From: an uncultured delta proteobacterium
GTDB lineage: Bacteria; Desulfobacterota; Syntrophia; Syntrophales; UBA2185
Direction: 5' to 3'
Assembly: GCA_963729715.1 (NCBI GenBank)
Contig: CAVSPA010000016.1
Location: 28,064-92,063 of the forward strand
Length of the DNA: 64,000 bases
Shown here: piece by piece, positions 1 to 9,228 of the stretch
How positions within the stretch are numbered: position 1 is the first letter of the stretch
Layout of the letters: each line of letters opens with the position of its first letter
The notes under the pieces: model-generated
Databases searched by the model: none
Seen by the model: the letters and a program-made list of their open reading frames with translations, nothing else
What the model was told of the DNA's origin: nothing
Program-made: the position numbers and the translations under genes

Positions 1-1
1 A

Positions 2-679
2 CATCTGATAAAAGCCAGGGCATATAAGGGGAAGATAGAGACGAAGAAGAATCCTTCTGACCAGCAAATGGCAATACTTGAGGCGACTGACAATTTGGAA
101 TGCACCCAAAAAACTGCATACGCCTATCAGAAAGATGAGGCGCTGAAGTTACTTGAGGAAATATTAGTGACCACGAAGGACTACGATTCGACAGTCGAGT
201 ATTTCAAAAGTAATGTTGAATCAAGGCCAGATACCGGGTCGTCTTACACCAACTACGTTTGGATCCTGCTTTTGAGAAACGATGGAGATGATTTGGACGA
301 GGCCGAAAGAACCGTAAAGAAAGCAAAAGACGTAATTAATAACGAAATAGTCCTGTCGGTAATTCACAATATGCGTGGAGACAAATATGTCGCACAGGGA
401 CAATATGAGAAAGCACGGGACCAATATATCCAATGCCTTGTCGAAAACCCGTATGAGCAAGATGCAAAACGCAAGATGGCAAATATATGCTCTCAACTTG
501 GTGATATGAATTGCATTAAGACATGGCGGAAACTCATCCAAGCATATTTGGATCATGGAGATTGCGATATTGCAGCAAATGAGTTCGAGGTCTTTTCCAT
601 CGGTTACCCCCAAGCCCTCGAGCCATTGAAAGAAACCGTTTCACATTGCAATAAGAAAGGGAAAATAAGAACCAGATAA
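2..679 (+). CDS. TPR-repeat protein, 5'-truncated by the window edge
   Basis: The frame of ORF 68..679 stays open back to position 2, so the true start lies upstream. Helical TPR-like segments are present (e.g. GDKYVAQGQYEKARDQYIQCLVENP). Confidence 0.6.
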   Translation, partial: HLIKARAYKGKIETKKNPSDQQMAILEATDNLECTQKTAYAYQKDEALKLLEEILVTTKDYDSTVEYFKSNVESRPDTGSSYTNYVWILLLRNDGDDLDEAERTVKKAKDVINNEIVLSVIHNMRGDKYVAQGQYEKARDQYIQCLVENPYEQDAKRKMANICSQLGDMNCIKTWRKLIQAYLDHGDCDIAANEFEVFSIGYPQALEPLKETVSHCNKKGKIRTR

Positions 680-715
680 TCGCTTCACTGAAACTTAGAA
701 AGGCAGGAGGACAAA

Positions 716-1738
716 ATGAAAGAAAATATATCTGCTGCGATATTCAAGTCTATTTGGAGCTACTTTTTATTAATATCATTCTTGCTCGCAATCAACACCA
801 CCGTGTCTTCAGCCGAAATAAAAGATGGGCCGGTCGCAAGGGACAAAGTAACTGCAGACGTGCAAACGCTCCTCCATCAGGAAAAATATGATGCCCTGGA
901 GAAGATGGCGAATCGGTTTCGCAAAGACAAGGCGCGATTCACAGATGGGAGCTGGAAACTTTCTGCCTTCTACGATGCGTTTAGACCGGCGAAATATGGA
1001 TGGAATGAGCTGTTTGGAAATATTGACGGGTGGCTGAAGAAGTGCCCCGATTCTATAACTGCACGAGTTGCCGCCGGTGAATCATGGCACAATTTTGCTT
1101 GGGAGGCACGTGGCGGTGGCTACGGAAAGACCGTCACCGATGAGGGATGGAAATTGATGCGCGAACGGACGGTGAAGGCATATGACTTTGTAAAAAAACG
1201 GCCGGATGATCCATCCAAAGATTGCATGCATCGTTATAACCTTCTTCTCCGTATTGCCGTCTCACAAGGTTGGGAGAGGGAGAGATACGAAGCACTCTTC
1301 CGACAAGCCGTATCATTTGAACCGTCATACTACGACTATTATTTTAGGAAAGCCATTTATTTACTGCCCCGCTGGCATGGCGAAGAAGGTGAATGGCAGC
1401 GGTTTGCGGATGAAGCAGTGAAACTTACTCCCGCATCGGAGGGGATGGGAATTTACACACGCATTCTATGGACGCTCTGGGGGCATGGCGTATTCAAGAC
1501 ATTCAGGGAACCGGACATCTCTTGGCAAAAGACGAAACAGGGTTTTATAGACATTGAAAGGAGTTATCCTAATTCTCCATACACGCTTAATTTTTTCTGC
1601 AGGTTTGCTTGTGTTGCGGGAGACAAGAAGACCGCAAGAGCGCTTTTTCAGAGAATCGGCAATATACCATATACCGAGGTCTGGGAAGGACGGGCAAATT
1701 TTGAGAAGTGGCGGAGATGGGCAAACGCCGGTGAATAG
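716..1738 (+). CDS. Exported DUF4034-like protein
   Basis: AGGAGG RBS just upstream and a hydrophobic N-terminal signal peptide. The motifs AWEARGGGY.KTV and YLLPRWHG recall DUF4034 proteins. Confidence 0.65.
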   Translation: MKENISAAIFKSIWSYFLLISFLLAINTTVSSAEIKDGPVARDKVTADVQTLLHQEKYDALEKMANRFRKDKARFTDGSWKLSAFYDAFRPAKYGWNELFGNIDGWLKKCPDSITARVAAGESWHNFAWEARGGGYGKTVTDEGWKLMRERTVKAYDFVKKRPDDPSKDCMHRYNLLLRIAVSQGWERERYEALFRQAVSFEPSYYDYYFRKAIYLLPRWHGEEGEWQRFADEAVKLTPASEGMGIYTRILWTLWGHGVFKTFREPDISWQKTKQGFIDIERSYPNSPYTLNFFCRFACVAGDKKTARALFQRIGNIPYTEVWEGRANFEKWRRWANAGE

Positions 1739-1763
1739 CTCGTCGCCGGTTATTTTCATTTTC

Positions 1764-3023
1764 TTAGTTCTGAATTTCAACCATCCATTTGTTGTATCGG
1801 AGAAGGAGCAGCAAGCCGGGAACGGCGAGGGCCGTGCAGATGACAAAGAACATCACCCAGCCCACGGCGTCGGCAAGGTAACCTGTCGGCGCCCCCGTCA
1901 CGTTGCGGCCCACGGCCATGAGGCTGCTGAGTAAGGCGTATTGGGTTGCAGTAAACTTTCTGTTGCAAAGCCCCATGAGGAATGCCGTATATGCCGACGT
2001 TCCCATCCCGCCGCAGAAATTCTCAATACCGATGACCGTGGCCAGTGCCCATATCTCGCGGCCCGTAAATTCGAGCAGAATAAATGCGAGGATTGATACC
2101 CCCTGCAGCACACCAAAGACAAAGAGAGATCTTTTCAGCGGCCACCTGGACATGATGCCGCCTCCCAGGAGGGCACCCACGATCGTCGCCGCCATGCCGA
2201 AGCCCTTGTAAATAGTCCCCAGCTCTGTTCGAGAAAAACCAACATACTTCAGGATATACGGCGTTGTCATCTGGGCTGCGGCAATATCTCCCAGCTTGTA
2301 TAGGATGATAAAAAGGAGAATCTCGAGGGAGCCGGGTCTCCTGAAGAATTCCAGAAACGGCGCAACTGCCGCTTCATAGAGACTCCCTGGGGCCTCGACC
2401 GTCTCGCCCCCAGGATTTATCTTGAGAGGTTCGGGAGCGAGGAGCGTGGCGATGCAGCCGATGACCATCAAAAGGCCCATGATCAAATAAACCATCTTCC
2501 AGGACACATAATCGGAGAGTATGAGAGCCGCGGCGCCACCCACCAGAAGGGCAATCCTGTAGCCCATGATCCATACACCGACCCCGGCGCCCCGTTCTTC
2601 AGGTTTCAGATACTCCGTCCGATACGCGTCGAGGACAATGTCCTGGCTGGCGCTGAAAAAAGCAAGACTGAGCGCTGCGGCGGCGACAAGCAGTGGCATG
2701 GAAGCAGGGTTGAAAAACCCCAGTGCGGAAATTGCGAAGATGAGCGCCAGTTGGGTGATGATCATCCAGCCCCGCCTCCTCCCGAGGAAGGGCGGCACGA
2801 TGCGATCCATCAACGGCGACCACAGGAACTTGAAGGCGTAAGGCAACCCTACGAGAGAATACAGTCCGATGGTTTTTATATCCACTCCCTCCGCCACCAG
2901 CCACGCGGAAAGAGTCGACCCCGTGAGTGCGAGAGGCATCCCGGAGGAAAACCCGAGGACCAGCATGAGGAGCATCTTCCCGCTCAGGTAAACCTTGAAC
3001 CAGTTGAAAGGGTTTCGCTTCAT
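1764..3023 (-). CDS. ampG: AmpG-family muropeptide MFS permease
   Basis: Signatures LGFSSGMPLAL, PYAFKFLWSPLMD, LGRRRGWM, SASQDIVLDAYR and FTATQYALLSS; about 12 TM segments. Confidence 0.92.
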   Translation of the reverse strand: MKRNPFNWFKVYLSGKMLLMLVLGFSSGMPLALTGSTLSAWLVAEGVDIKTIGLYSLVGLPYAFKFLWSPLMDRIVPPFLGRRRGWMIITQLALIFAISALGFFNPASMPLLVAAAALSLAFFSASQDIVLDAYRTEYLKPEERGAGVGVWIMGYRIALLVGGAAALILSDYVSWKMVYLIMGLLMVIGCIATLLAPEPLKINPGGETVEAPGSLYEAAVAPFLEFFRRPGSLEILLFIILYKLGDIAAAQMTTPYILKYVGFSRTELGTIYKGFGMAATIVGALLGGGIMSRWPLKRSLFVFGVLQGVSILAFILLEFTGREIWALATVIGIENFCGGMGTSAYTAFLMGLCNRKFTATQYALLSSLMAVGRNVTGAPTGYLADAVGWVMFFVICTALAVPGLLLLLRYNKWMVEIQN

Positions 3024-3052
3024 TGTTCAATCACTGATAAGTGTCAAAGGAA

Positions 3053-3838
3053 TTATTTTTTCCGCGCCGCCTCAATGAGGGCGCGAAAGATATTCTGATG
3101 CGGTTCTTCATCCTGCATCTGTTCCGGATGCCATTGGACGCCCAGGATGAACCTGCGCGAGAGGGCCCAGGGCGAGCCTTCCACGGGCTCGATCGCTTCG
3201 ATCACACCATCCTGTGACCAGGCGGAGGCGCGCAGATATTGGCCGACCCTCTGAGGCTGGACCGCCTGATGGTGGCTCGAATTTGTCATGAGCACGCCGC
3301 CCGCGGGCATGTTTACTGCCCGGGCAGCGAGGCTGTCCTTCTCAAGACGCACGGAGTGGCGGAAGTTCGGCTCTTCAACGCCCCTCTCTTTCTTTGAATG
3401 CGGAATACGGGGGCTTCCCGAAGAGACATCCCACTCTGTTCTGATATCCTGTATCAGCGCGCCCCCCAGCGCTATGCTGACAAGCTGATGGCCGCCGCAG
3501 ATACCGAGAATGGGGAGGGCGGTCTTATGCAGCGCCCATTTCGCCAGCTCCATGTCAAAGCGGTCACGGCGTTTCGGCATCAGTTCATCTTCCGGCTGCT
3601 TATGCCCCCCGAAGTGACCCGGCCAGTAGTCGTCGCCTCCGATGAGGACTATACCGTCAATAATCGACATGAGGGCGTGCATAGCAGAAAAATCTTCGCA
3701 GGGCGGCAGGCAAAGCGGCACGCCGCCTGCGCCTGCCACGGCATCCACATAACTGATGGGGACCAGAAGTCCGAATTTTTCATATTTGTCTATGAGATCC
3801 ATAGACATGTTGAGCCCGATTACAGGACGCCTCAGCAT
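3053..3838 (-). CDS. Peptidase C26 / gamma-glutamyl-gamma-aminobutyrate hydrolase-family (class I glutamine amidotransferase fold)
   Basis: RPVIG N-terminus, GGDD, nucleophile elbow LGICGGHQ, NSSHHQAV and GVQWHPE (Cys-His-Glu triad). Confidence 0.88.
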   Translation of the reverse strand: MLRRPVIGLNMSMDLIDKYEKFGLLVPISYVDAVAGAGGVPLCLPPCEDFSAMHALMSIIDGIVLIGGDDYWPGHFGGHKQPEDELMPKRRDRFDMELAKWALHKTALPILGICGGHQLVSIALGGALIQDIRTEWDVSSGSPRIPHSKKERGVEEPNFRHSVRLEKDSLAARAVNMPAGGVLMTNSSHHQAVQPQRVGQYLRASAWSQDGVIEAIEPVEGSPWALSRRFILGVQWHPEQMQDEEPHQNIFRALIEAARKK

Positions 3839-3888
3839 GAGATTTCTGTTTTCTCCTGTACTAAGAAATGTTCCGTCAATGTCGCGCC

Positions 3889-3917
3889 ACTATAGGAGAA
3901 ACGGGCTTATGTGTCAA
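3889..3917 (-). promoter_or_regulatory. sigma70-type promoter for the C26 hydrolase-ampG unit
   Basis: Minus strand reads TTGACA-N17-TATAGT, about 50 nt upstream of the 3838 start. Confidence 0.7.
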
Positions 3918-3950
3918 CTGCCCGATGTTTGTATCAATGACGCTTTCCCT

Positions 3951-3979
3951 TTGACATATAATCAGCTTTCCCGTATAGT
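3951..3979 (+). promoter_or_regulatory. sigma70-type promoter for ferredoxin-fba (divergent partner of the 3889-3917 promoter)
   Basis: TTGACA(3951)-N17-TATAGT(3974). Confidence 0.7.
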
Positions 3980-4033
3980 TGCCCGGAAATGCATATTTCG
4001 TAACCAAAAATCAAGAAAGGTGGGGAACTTCTC

Positions 4034-4222
4034 ATGAAAGTAAGCATTGACAAGGATCTTTGTTCAGGATGCGGATTGTGTGTTGATACTGTCCCGGATG
4101 TTTTCGAGCTGGTGGACGATCTCGCCTCTGTAAAGGTGGCAACAGTGAAGAAGACTCTCTATGATGCCGTGAGAGAAGCGGCTGACGATTGTCCTTCAGA
4201 AGCAATTATTGTAGAAGAGTAA
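4034..4222 (+). CDS. Single-cluster [4Fe-4S]/[3Fe-4S] ferredoxin
   Basis: 62 aa; CSGCGLC...PDVF...CPSEAI pattern. Confidence 0.9.
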   Translation: MKVSIDKDLCSGCGLCVDTVPDVFELVDDLASVKVATVKKTLYDAVREAADDCPSEAIIVEE

Positions 4223-4228
4223 GAAGCC

Positions 4229-5200
4229 ATGGTGCATTACGAAGAATTAGGCTTGGTAAATACCAGAGGTTTGTTCGATAAAGCCATGCGCGGAGGCTAC
4301 GCCATACCCGCATTCAACTTCAACAACATGGAGCAATTGCAGGCCATAGTAACTGCCAGCGTCGAAACGAAATCTCCGGTTATACTGCAGGTCTCAAAAG
4401 GCGCCCGTCAATATGCAAACCAGACCCTGCTGCAATACATGGCCAAAGGCGCCGTGGAACTGGCGCAACAAATGGGTCACGCAATCCCCATAGCCCTCCA
4501 TCTGGACCACGGCGATTCCTTTGACCTCGCGAAATCCTGCATTGAGACCGGCTTCTCCTCGGTGATGATCGACGGGTCCCATCTTCCCTACGAAGAGAAC
4601 ATAAAACTTACCAAACGCGTTGTTGAACTGTCCCACGGTTACAGAGTAACGGTTGAAGGGGAGCTGGGTGTGCTCGCAGGTGTCGAAGACGAAGTCTCTT
4701 CCCAGCACAGCCATTACACCAAACCGGAAGAAGTGGAAGACTTTGTGAAACGCACGGGTGTAGATTCGCTGGCAATATCCATCGGAACGTCCCACGGTGC
4801 ATTCAAATTCAAGGTGAAACGCGGCGAGACCCCGCCGCCGCTCCGGTTTGACATACTTGATGAAGTGGAAAGGCGTATACCGGGTTTCCCGATAGTCCTG
4901 CACGGCGCCTCTTCCATACCGCAAAATATAGTCGATGAGATCAATAAATACGGCGGCAAGCTCGATGATACCGCGGGGATTTCCGAGGACCAGTTGCGGA
5001 GGGCCGCGAAGTCCGCAGTCTGCAAGATAAACATTGACTCCGATGGAAGATTAGCCATGACAGCGGCGATCAGAAAAGTCTTCTATGAAAAGCCGGACGA
5101 ATTCGACCCGAGAAAATATCTCGGTCCCGCCCGTGATGCGTTGAAGGAACTCTACAAACATAAGATCATCAATGTCTTGGGAAGTGACGGCAAGGCCTGA
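4229..5200 (+). CDS. fba: Class II fructose-1,6-bisphosphate aldolase
   Basis: YAIPAFN, LHLDHG, SSVMIDGS, EGELG, AISIGTSHGAFK, VLHGASS, KINIDSD, FDPRKY. Confidence 0.96.
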   Translation: MVHYEELGLVNTRGLFDKAMRGGYAIPAFNFNNMEQLQAIVTASVETKSPVILQVSKGARQYANQTLLQYMAKGAVELAQQMGHAIPIALHLDHGDSFDLAKSCIETGFSSVMIDGSHLPYEENIKLTKRVVELSHGYRVTVEGELGVLAGVEDEVSSQHSHYTKPEEVEDFVKRTGVDSLAISIGTSHGAFKFKVKRGETPPPLRFDILDEVERRIPGFPIVLHGASSIPQNIVDEINKYGGKLDDTAGISEDQLRRAAKSAVCKINIDSDGRLAMTAAIRKVFYEKPDEFDPRKYLGPARDALKELYKHKIINVLGSDGKA

Positions 5201-5261
5201 CACTTTCAACTGTCGCTGAAATAAGACAGAAAATTTATGCGCGACAAGACGGGAACCAGCA

Positions 5262-5561
5262 ATGATAAAAGTTACGCCTGATAAGCTCCAGCCGGGAATG
5301 CGGCTTGCCAAGCCGATCATGAACAAAGCCGGTATGGCCCTCCTCGGTGAAGGTACAGAACTTACGGAGACGTGGATAGCGAGAATTCAGGATATGGAGC
5401 TGGAGGGAGCGATCTACGTGGAAGGAAAACTGGAACTGGAGGTTCCTATGGATGAAATGCTCGCCGCTCTGGAAAAACGCTTCCAGTCTACTCATGGAAA
5501 TCCGAGAATGGAATTGATAAAGGGGGCCGCTGAAAAGCACATCAGGAAACTTTATGAGTGA
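5262..5561 (+). CDS. Small hypothetical protein resembling the N-terminal L.PGM.LA domain of HD-GYP/HDOD signalling proteins
   Basis: KLQPGMRLAKPI...LLGEGTELTE.WI pattern; overlaps the HDOD gene start by 8 nt. Confidence 0.55.
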   Translation: MIKVTPDKLQPGMRLAKPIMNKAGMALLGEGTELTETWIARIQDMELEGAIYVEGKLELEVPMDEMLAALEKRFQSTHGNPRMELIKGAAEKHIRKLYE

Positions 5562-6396
5562 AGTCATAGAATCTAAGATCCTGCGCCACCGCATTGAAAA
5601 CATAGGCAGTCTCCCCACGGTGCCCGATACCCTGAGGAAGCTCTCCCGCATCATGGAAAAGCCGAACGTCTCTCTGACTGAAGTTGCCTCTTTTGTTCAA
5701 TCAGATCCTGCCCTCACATTCCGCATTCTCAAGATGGTAAACTCCGCAGTCTACGGCTTTCCCGGACGCATCGCCTCCGTATCCCACGCGATCATGCTCC
5801 TCGGACTCAATGTCGTCAAGGGACTGCTTCTCGGCGTCTCGGTTTTCGAACTTATGCAAAAGGCGATGACCGGTCTCTACGAGCATTCAATGGGATGTGC
5901 AGCCGCAGCAAGGATAATCGCCCAGAAAAAAGGGCTGAGAGAGCCGGAGGAAGCGTATGTTGCCGGCCTCATCCACGACATAGGTAAAGTCGTTATGGCC
6001 CTTGAATTCACCAAGGCATACGAGGGCGCACTGGCCTTCGCAGAAACGGAGCATATCGCAATCATGCAGGCGGAGAAAAGATTCTTTGCCGACAACCACG
6101 CGGCTCTCGGCGGTGCCCTGTCGGAGAAGTGGCGTTTCCCGAAGAAACTTACCGAAGCGATTCTTTACCACCACCAGCCGCGATCTGCCGTGCTTTTCCC
6201 TCTCGAAACTGCCATAGTGCACCTCGCGGACATCCTGACGAAGGCCAGGGGGCTCGGTTTTTCGGGTGACCAGATAGTCCCCATCGTGGATGATACAGCC
6301 TTTGACAGGCTTGAGCTTTCAGAAGAAGATATTATCGACGTATTCCGGGAGCTGGAAGAGTCTATTGAGGCGATGCAGGAGGTCTTGCAGCAATAA
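5554..6396 (+). CDS. HDOD-domain protein
   Basis: LPTVP, DPALTFRILKMVNSAVYG, AIMLLG, GLIHDIGK, HAALGG.L.EKWRFP, YHH. Confidence 0.92.
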   Translation: MSEVIESKILRHRIENIGSLPTVPDTLRKLSRIMEKPNVSLTEVASFVQSDPALTFRILKMVNSAVYGFPGRIASVSHAIMLLGLNVVKGLLLGVSVFELMQKAMTGLYEHSMGCAAAARIIAQKKGLREPEEAYVAGLIHDIGKVVMALEFTKAYEGALAFAETEHIAIMQAEKRFFADNHAALGGALSEKWRFPKKLTEAILYHHQPRSAVLFPLETAIVHLADILTKARGLGFSGDQIVPIVDDTAFDRLELSEEDIIDVFRELEESIEAMQEVLQQ

Positions 6397-7328
6397 TGGA
6401 AGCGGTCGCTATTATCAGCAAAGACCAGTCTTTTCAGGCGATGTCGAACCGGATACTGCAAGACCATTTCCGGATGGTATCTTTCGGCGACTTTAAGCCC
6501 GCCTTGGACTACATCTACAATGACACGCCCGCGCTTGTGGTAGTCGATATTCCCAAGGGCGATGATGCCACTATCTCTTTCATCAACCTCATCAAAGAAG
6601 ACCCTCTTTTCAGCCGGTTACCGATCCTCGTCGTCTTTGACGGCGACATCGATCCGCGAGGCTGGGAAAATATTCTCTGCGAAGACTATCTCCGGAAGGT
6701 GGATGTGGAAAGAGACATTCTCCCAAGGGTCAAATTAGGCATCATGCGTTTTGAAAGAGTGGTGGAGATTAATCCGCTGACGCGCCTGCCGGGCAATCTC
6801 GCCATTACCAGGCAGATACAGAGAAGGCTGGACAACAATGAGATTTTCGCCCTCGCCTATGCGGATCTCGATAACTTCAAGCCCTTCAATGACCGTTACG
6901 GGTTCGGCCGGGGCGACGAACTGATCAAAATGACGGGGCGAATCATCCTTAACGTCGTCAAGGAGACCCAGTCACAGGGATGCTTCATAGGACACATAGG
7001 GGGCGACGATTTTGTCGTAATCATGACGCCCGACCTCATTGAAAAGGCAGCGGAGAACATCATTGAACGCTTCGACACGATGGTTGCAAGGTTTTACGAC
7101 GCCGCAGACTGGGATGTCGGTTATATCTTCGCCGCTGACAGAAAAGGCGTCTGGTCGAAACTACCGGTTACGAGTATCTCCATAGGCATAACGGATACGG
7201 AGAGACGCACTTTTAGCCATCCCGTTGAACTGATGCAGAGGGCTTCGGAAATGAAAGGATACGCAAAGAAATTCGCGGGAAGCTGCTATAAGATGGATCA
7301 GCGGGAAAAAAAGACAAATCCGGCTTGA
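6396..7328 (+). CDS. Receiver-like domain + GGDEF (diguanylate cyclase-family) protein
   Basis: NPLTRLPGN, DLDNFKPFNDRYG and HIGGDDF; the N-terminal REC-like fold is degenerate. TAATG coupling to the HDOD gene. Confidence 0.88.
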   Translation: MEAVAIISKDQSFQAMSNRILQDHFRMVSFGDFKPALDYIYNDTPALVVVDIPKGDDATISFINLIKEDPLFSRLPILVVFDGDIDPRGWENILCEDYLRKVDVERDILPRVKLGIMRFERVVEINPLTRLPGNLAITRQIQRRLDNNEIFALAYADLDNFKPFNDRYGFGRGDELIKMTGRIILNVVKETQSQGCFIGHIGGDDFVVIMTPDLIEKAAENIIERFDTMVARFYDAADWDVGYIFAADRKGVWSKLPVTSISIGITDTERRTFSHPVELMQRASEMKGYAKKFAGSCYKMDQREKKTNPA

Positions 7329-7421
7329 TCATGCTGATAGATTTTCAGGCAATTGCCCTCTATGTCGGTATCGGGACCATCGTTGGAGCCGCTTAATAAT
7401 TACAAAGAGGAGCGAGCATTT

Positions 7422-7802
7422 ATGCCGGGAGTCTTTGAAATCTCCGTAGCAACCGAATTTTCCGCGGCCCACTCCCTGCATGGTTATCCGGGCAACTGCT
7501 CTCAGATGCATGGACATAACTGGACCGTGGAGGTTTTTGTGAGATGCCGGGCTTTGAATGACATAGGCATCGGCATCGATTTCCGGGAAGTGAAGCGGGC
7601 CATAAAAGAATCCATAGAAAATCTTGACCACTCCTGCCTGAATGAACATCCAGAATTCGAACGTATGAATCCCTCTTCCGAGAATATCGCCAAATTTTTA
7701 TACAAGGATCTCGGCGAGAGAATCAATTCGGAGAATGCAAAGATTTCCAAGGTGAGGGTCTCCGAAACTCCGAAGACGGGGGCATGTTACTGGGAGGAAT
7801 AG
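7422..7802 (+). CDS. queD: 6-carboxy-5,6,7,8-tetrahydropterin synthase (PTPS-I/QueD)
   Basis: FSAAH, CSQMHGHNW (Cx3HGH), IDF, LDH, PSSENIA, SET. GAGGAG RBS before ATG 7422; first gene of queDEC. Confidence 0.92.
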   Translation: MPGVFEISVATEFSAAHSLHGYPGNCSQMHGHNWTVEVFVRCRALNDIGIGIDFREVKRAIKESIENLDHSCLNEHPEFERMNPSSENIAKFLYKDLGERINSENAKISKVRVSETPKTGACYWEE

Positions 7803-8447
7803 TTGCTGAAGGTAAATGAGGTTTTCTACAGCATCCAGGGCGAGTCTTCCTATGCCGGACAGCCCTGCGTTTTCGTCAGGCTTACCGGATGCAACCTCAG
7901 GTGTTCATACTGCGACACCCGGTATGCATATGAAGAAGGTGAAGATCTCGAGATCGGGGAGATCATCAACAGGATAACATCCCACCGGTGCGCGCTGGTT
8001 GAAATCACGGGCGGCGAACCCCTGATGCAGAAAGACACGCCCCTTCTCATACGGAAGCTGCTCGATATGGGCTTTGAGGTGCTCCTCGAGACCAACGGCA
8101 GCAGAGATATAAGCACAATCGACGACCGCTGCGTGAAGATCTTAGACATCAAATGCCCCTCAAGCGGAGAGGCAGCGAAAAACGATCTCGAAAATCTCAA
8201 GAGGCTCCAGACAAAGGGCGAAATCAAGTTTGCCATAGGAAGCAGGGAGGACTATGATTACGCGAAAAACATCCTGTCTCTCATAAACAGAGCAAAGGGA
8301 AATATCAAGCCGCCTCTCTTTTCTCCTGTCTACGAAAAAATGACCCCGGAACTTTTGGCACGATGGATCCTCGCGGATCATCTCGATGTGAGAATGCAGG
8401 TCCAACTCCACAAAGTCATCTGGGGCTCTGAAACGAGAGGGGTTTAG
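7803..8447 (+). CDS. queE: 7-carboxy-7-deazaguanine synthase (radical SAM)
   Basis: [33 protein letters not shown] and QLHK; TTG start directly after the queD stop. Confidence 0.93.
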   Translation: MLKVNEVFYSIQGESSYAGQPCVFVRLTGCNLRCSYCDTRYAYEEGEDLEIGEIINRITSHRCALVEITGGEPLMQKDTPLLIRKLLDMGFEVLLETNGSRDISTIDDRCVKILDIKCPSSGEAAKNDLENLKRLQTKGEIKFAIGSREDYDYAKNILSLINRAKGNIKPPLFSPVYEKMTPELLARWILADHLDVRMQVQLHKVIWGSETRGV

Positions 8448-8457
8448 AAGAAGATTT

Positions 8458-9153
8458 ATGAACCAACACAAGAAGGCCATCGTTCTTTCCAGCGGCGGCA
8501 TCGACTCCACGACGGCAATGGCTATGGCCAAAGCGGAAGGTTACGAGATTTACAGTCTGAGTTTTCTCTACGGGCAGCGCCATTCTCTCGAGATGGAAGC
8601 GGCAAAGAGGGTTGCCCGTTTCCTCAGCGCCAGGAAACACCTCGTCGTCAATATCGATCTGAGAGCGTTCGGGGGATCGGCCCTGACCGACGATATCGAA
8701 GTTCCCAAAGGCCGGGATGAAAAAGACATGCGGGTGAGCATCCCTGTCACCTACGTCCCCGCGAGAAACACTATCTTCCTATCGTACGCACTGGCGTGGG
8801 CTGAGGTTCTCCACGTCTCGGACATATTCATCGGTGTTACCGCCATTGATTACAGCGGTTATCCTGACTGCCGGCCCGAATACATTGCTGCATTCGAGAA
8901 CATGGCTAATCTCGCAACCAAGGCCGGTGTGGAGGGAAAGACCAGAGTAAAAATAAGAACGCCCCTTATCGCAATGTCAAAGGCCGATATTATCAGGCGC
9001 GGCAGTGAGCTGGGAGTGCACTATGGAATCACCCACAGCTGCTACGATCCTTCGCCGGACGGAAAAGCGTGCGGCCGGTGCGACAGCTGCATTCTGCGGA
9101 AGAAGGGGTTTGCCGAGGCCGGCATTGCCGACCCCACGATCTATATCGACTGA
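8458..9153 (+). CDS. queC: 7-cyano-7-deazaguanine synthase
   Basis: [32 protein letters not shown]...CGRCDSC. Confidence 0.96.
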   Translation: MNQHKKAIVLSSGGIDSTTAMAMAKAEGYEIYSLSFLYGQRHSLEMEAAKRVARFLSARKHLVVNIDLRAFGGSALTDDIEVPKGRDEKDMRVSIPVTYVPARNTIFLSYALAWAEVLHVSDIFIGVTAIDYSGYPDCRPEYIAAFENMANLATKAGVEGKTRVKIRTPLIAMSKADIIRRGSELGVHYGITHSCYDPSPDGKACGRCDSCILRKKGFAEAGIADPTIYID

Positions 9154-9168
9154 GAATAATTTCGATGC

Positions 9169-9204
9169 AAAAAAAGCCGTGGTATCGAAAACCACGGCTT
9201 TTTT
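9169..9204. terminator. Bidirectional intrinsic terminator between convergent queC and thiolase
   Basis: A7-GCCGTGGT-loop(atcgaaa)-ACCACGGC-T6: perfect 8-bp GC-rich stem with A/T tracts on both sides. Confidence 0.9.
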
Positions 9205-9228
9205 CATTACAGCCCGACGGGCGGAAGA

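Noticed and set aside
7329..7421. preQ1 riboswitch upstream of queD
   Set aside because: I could not find the preQ1 stem-loop and A-rich tail pattern; an Rfam scan would settle it.
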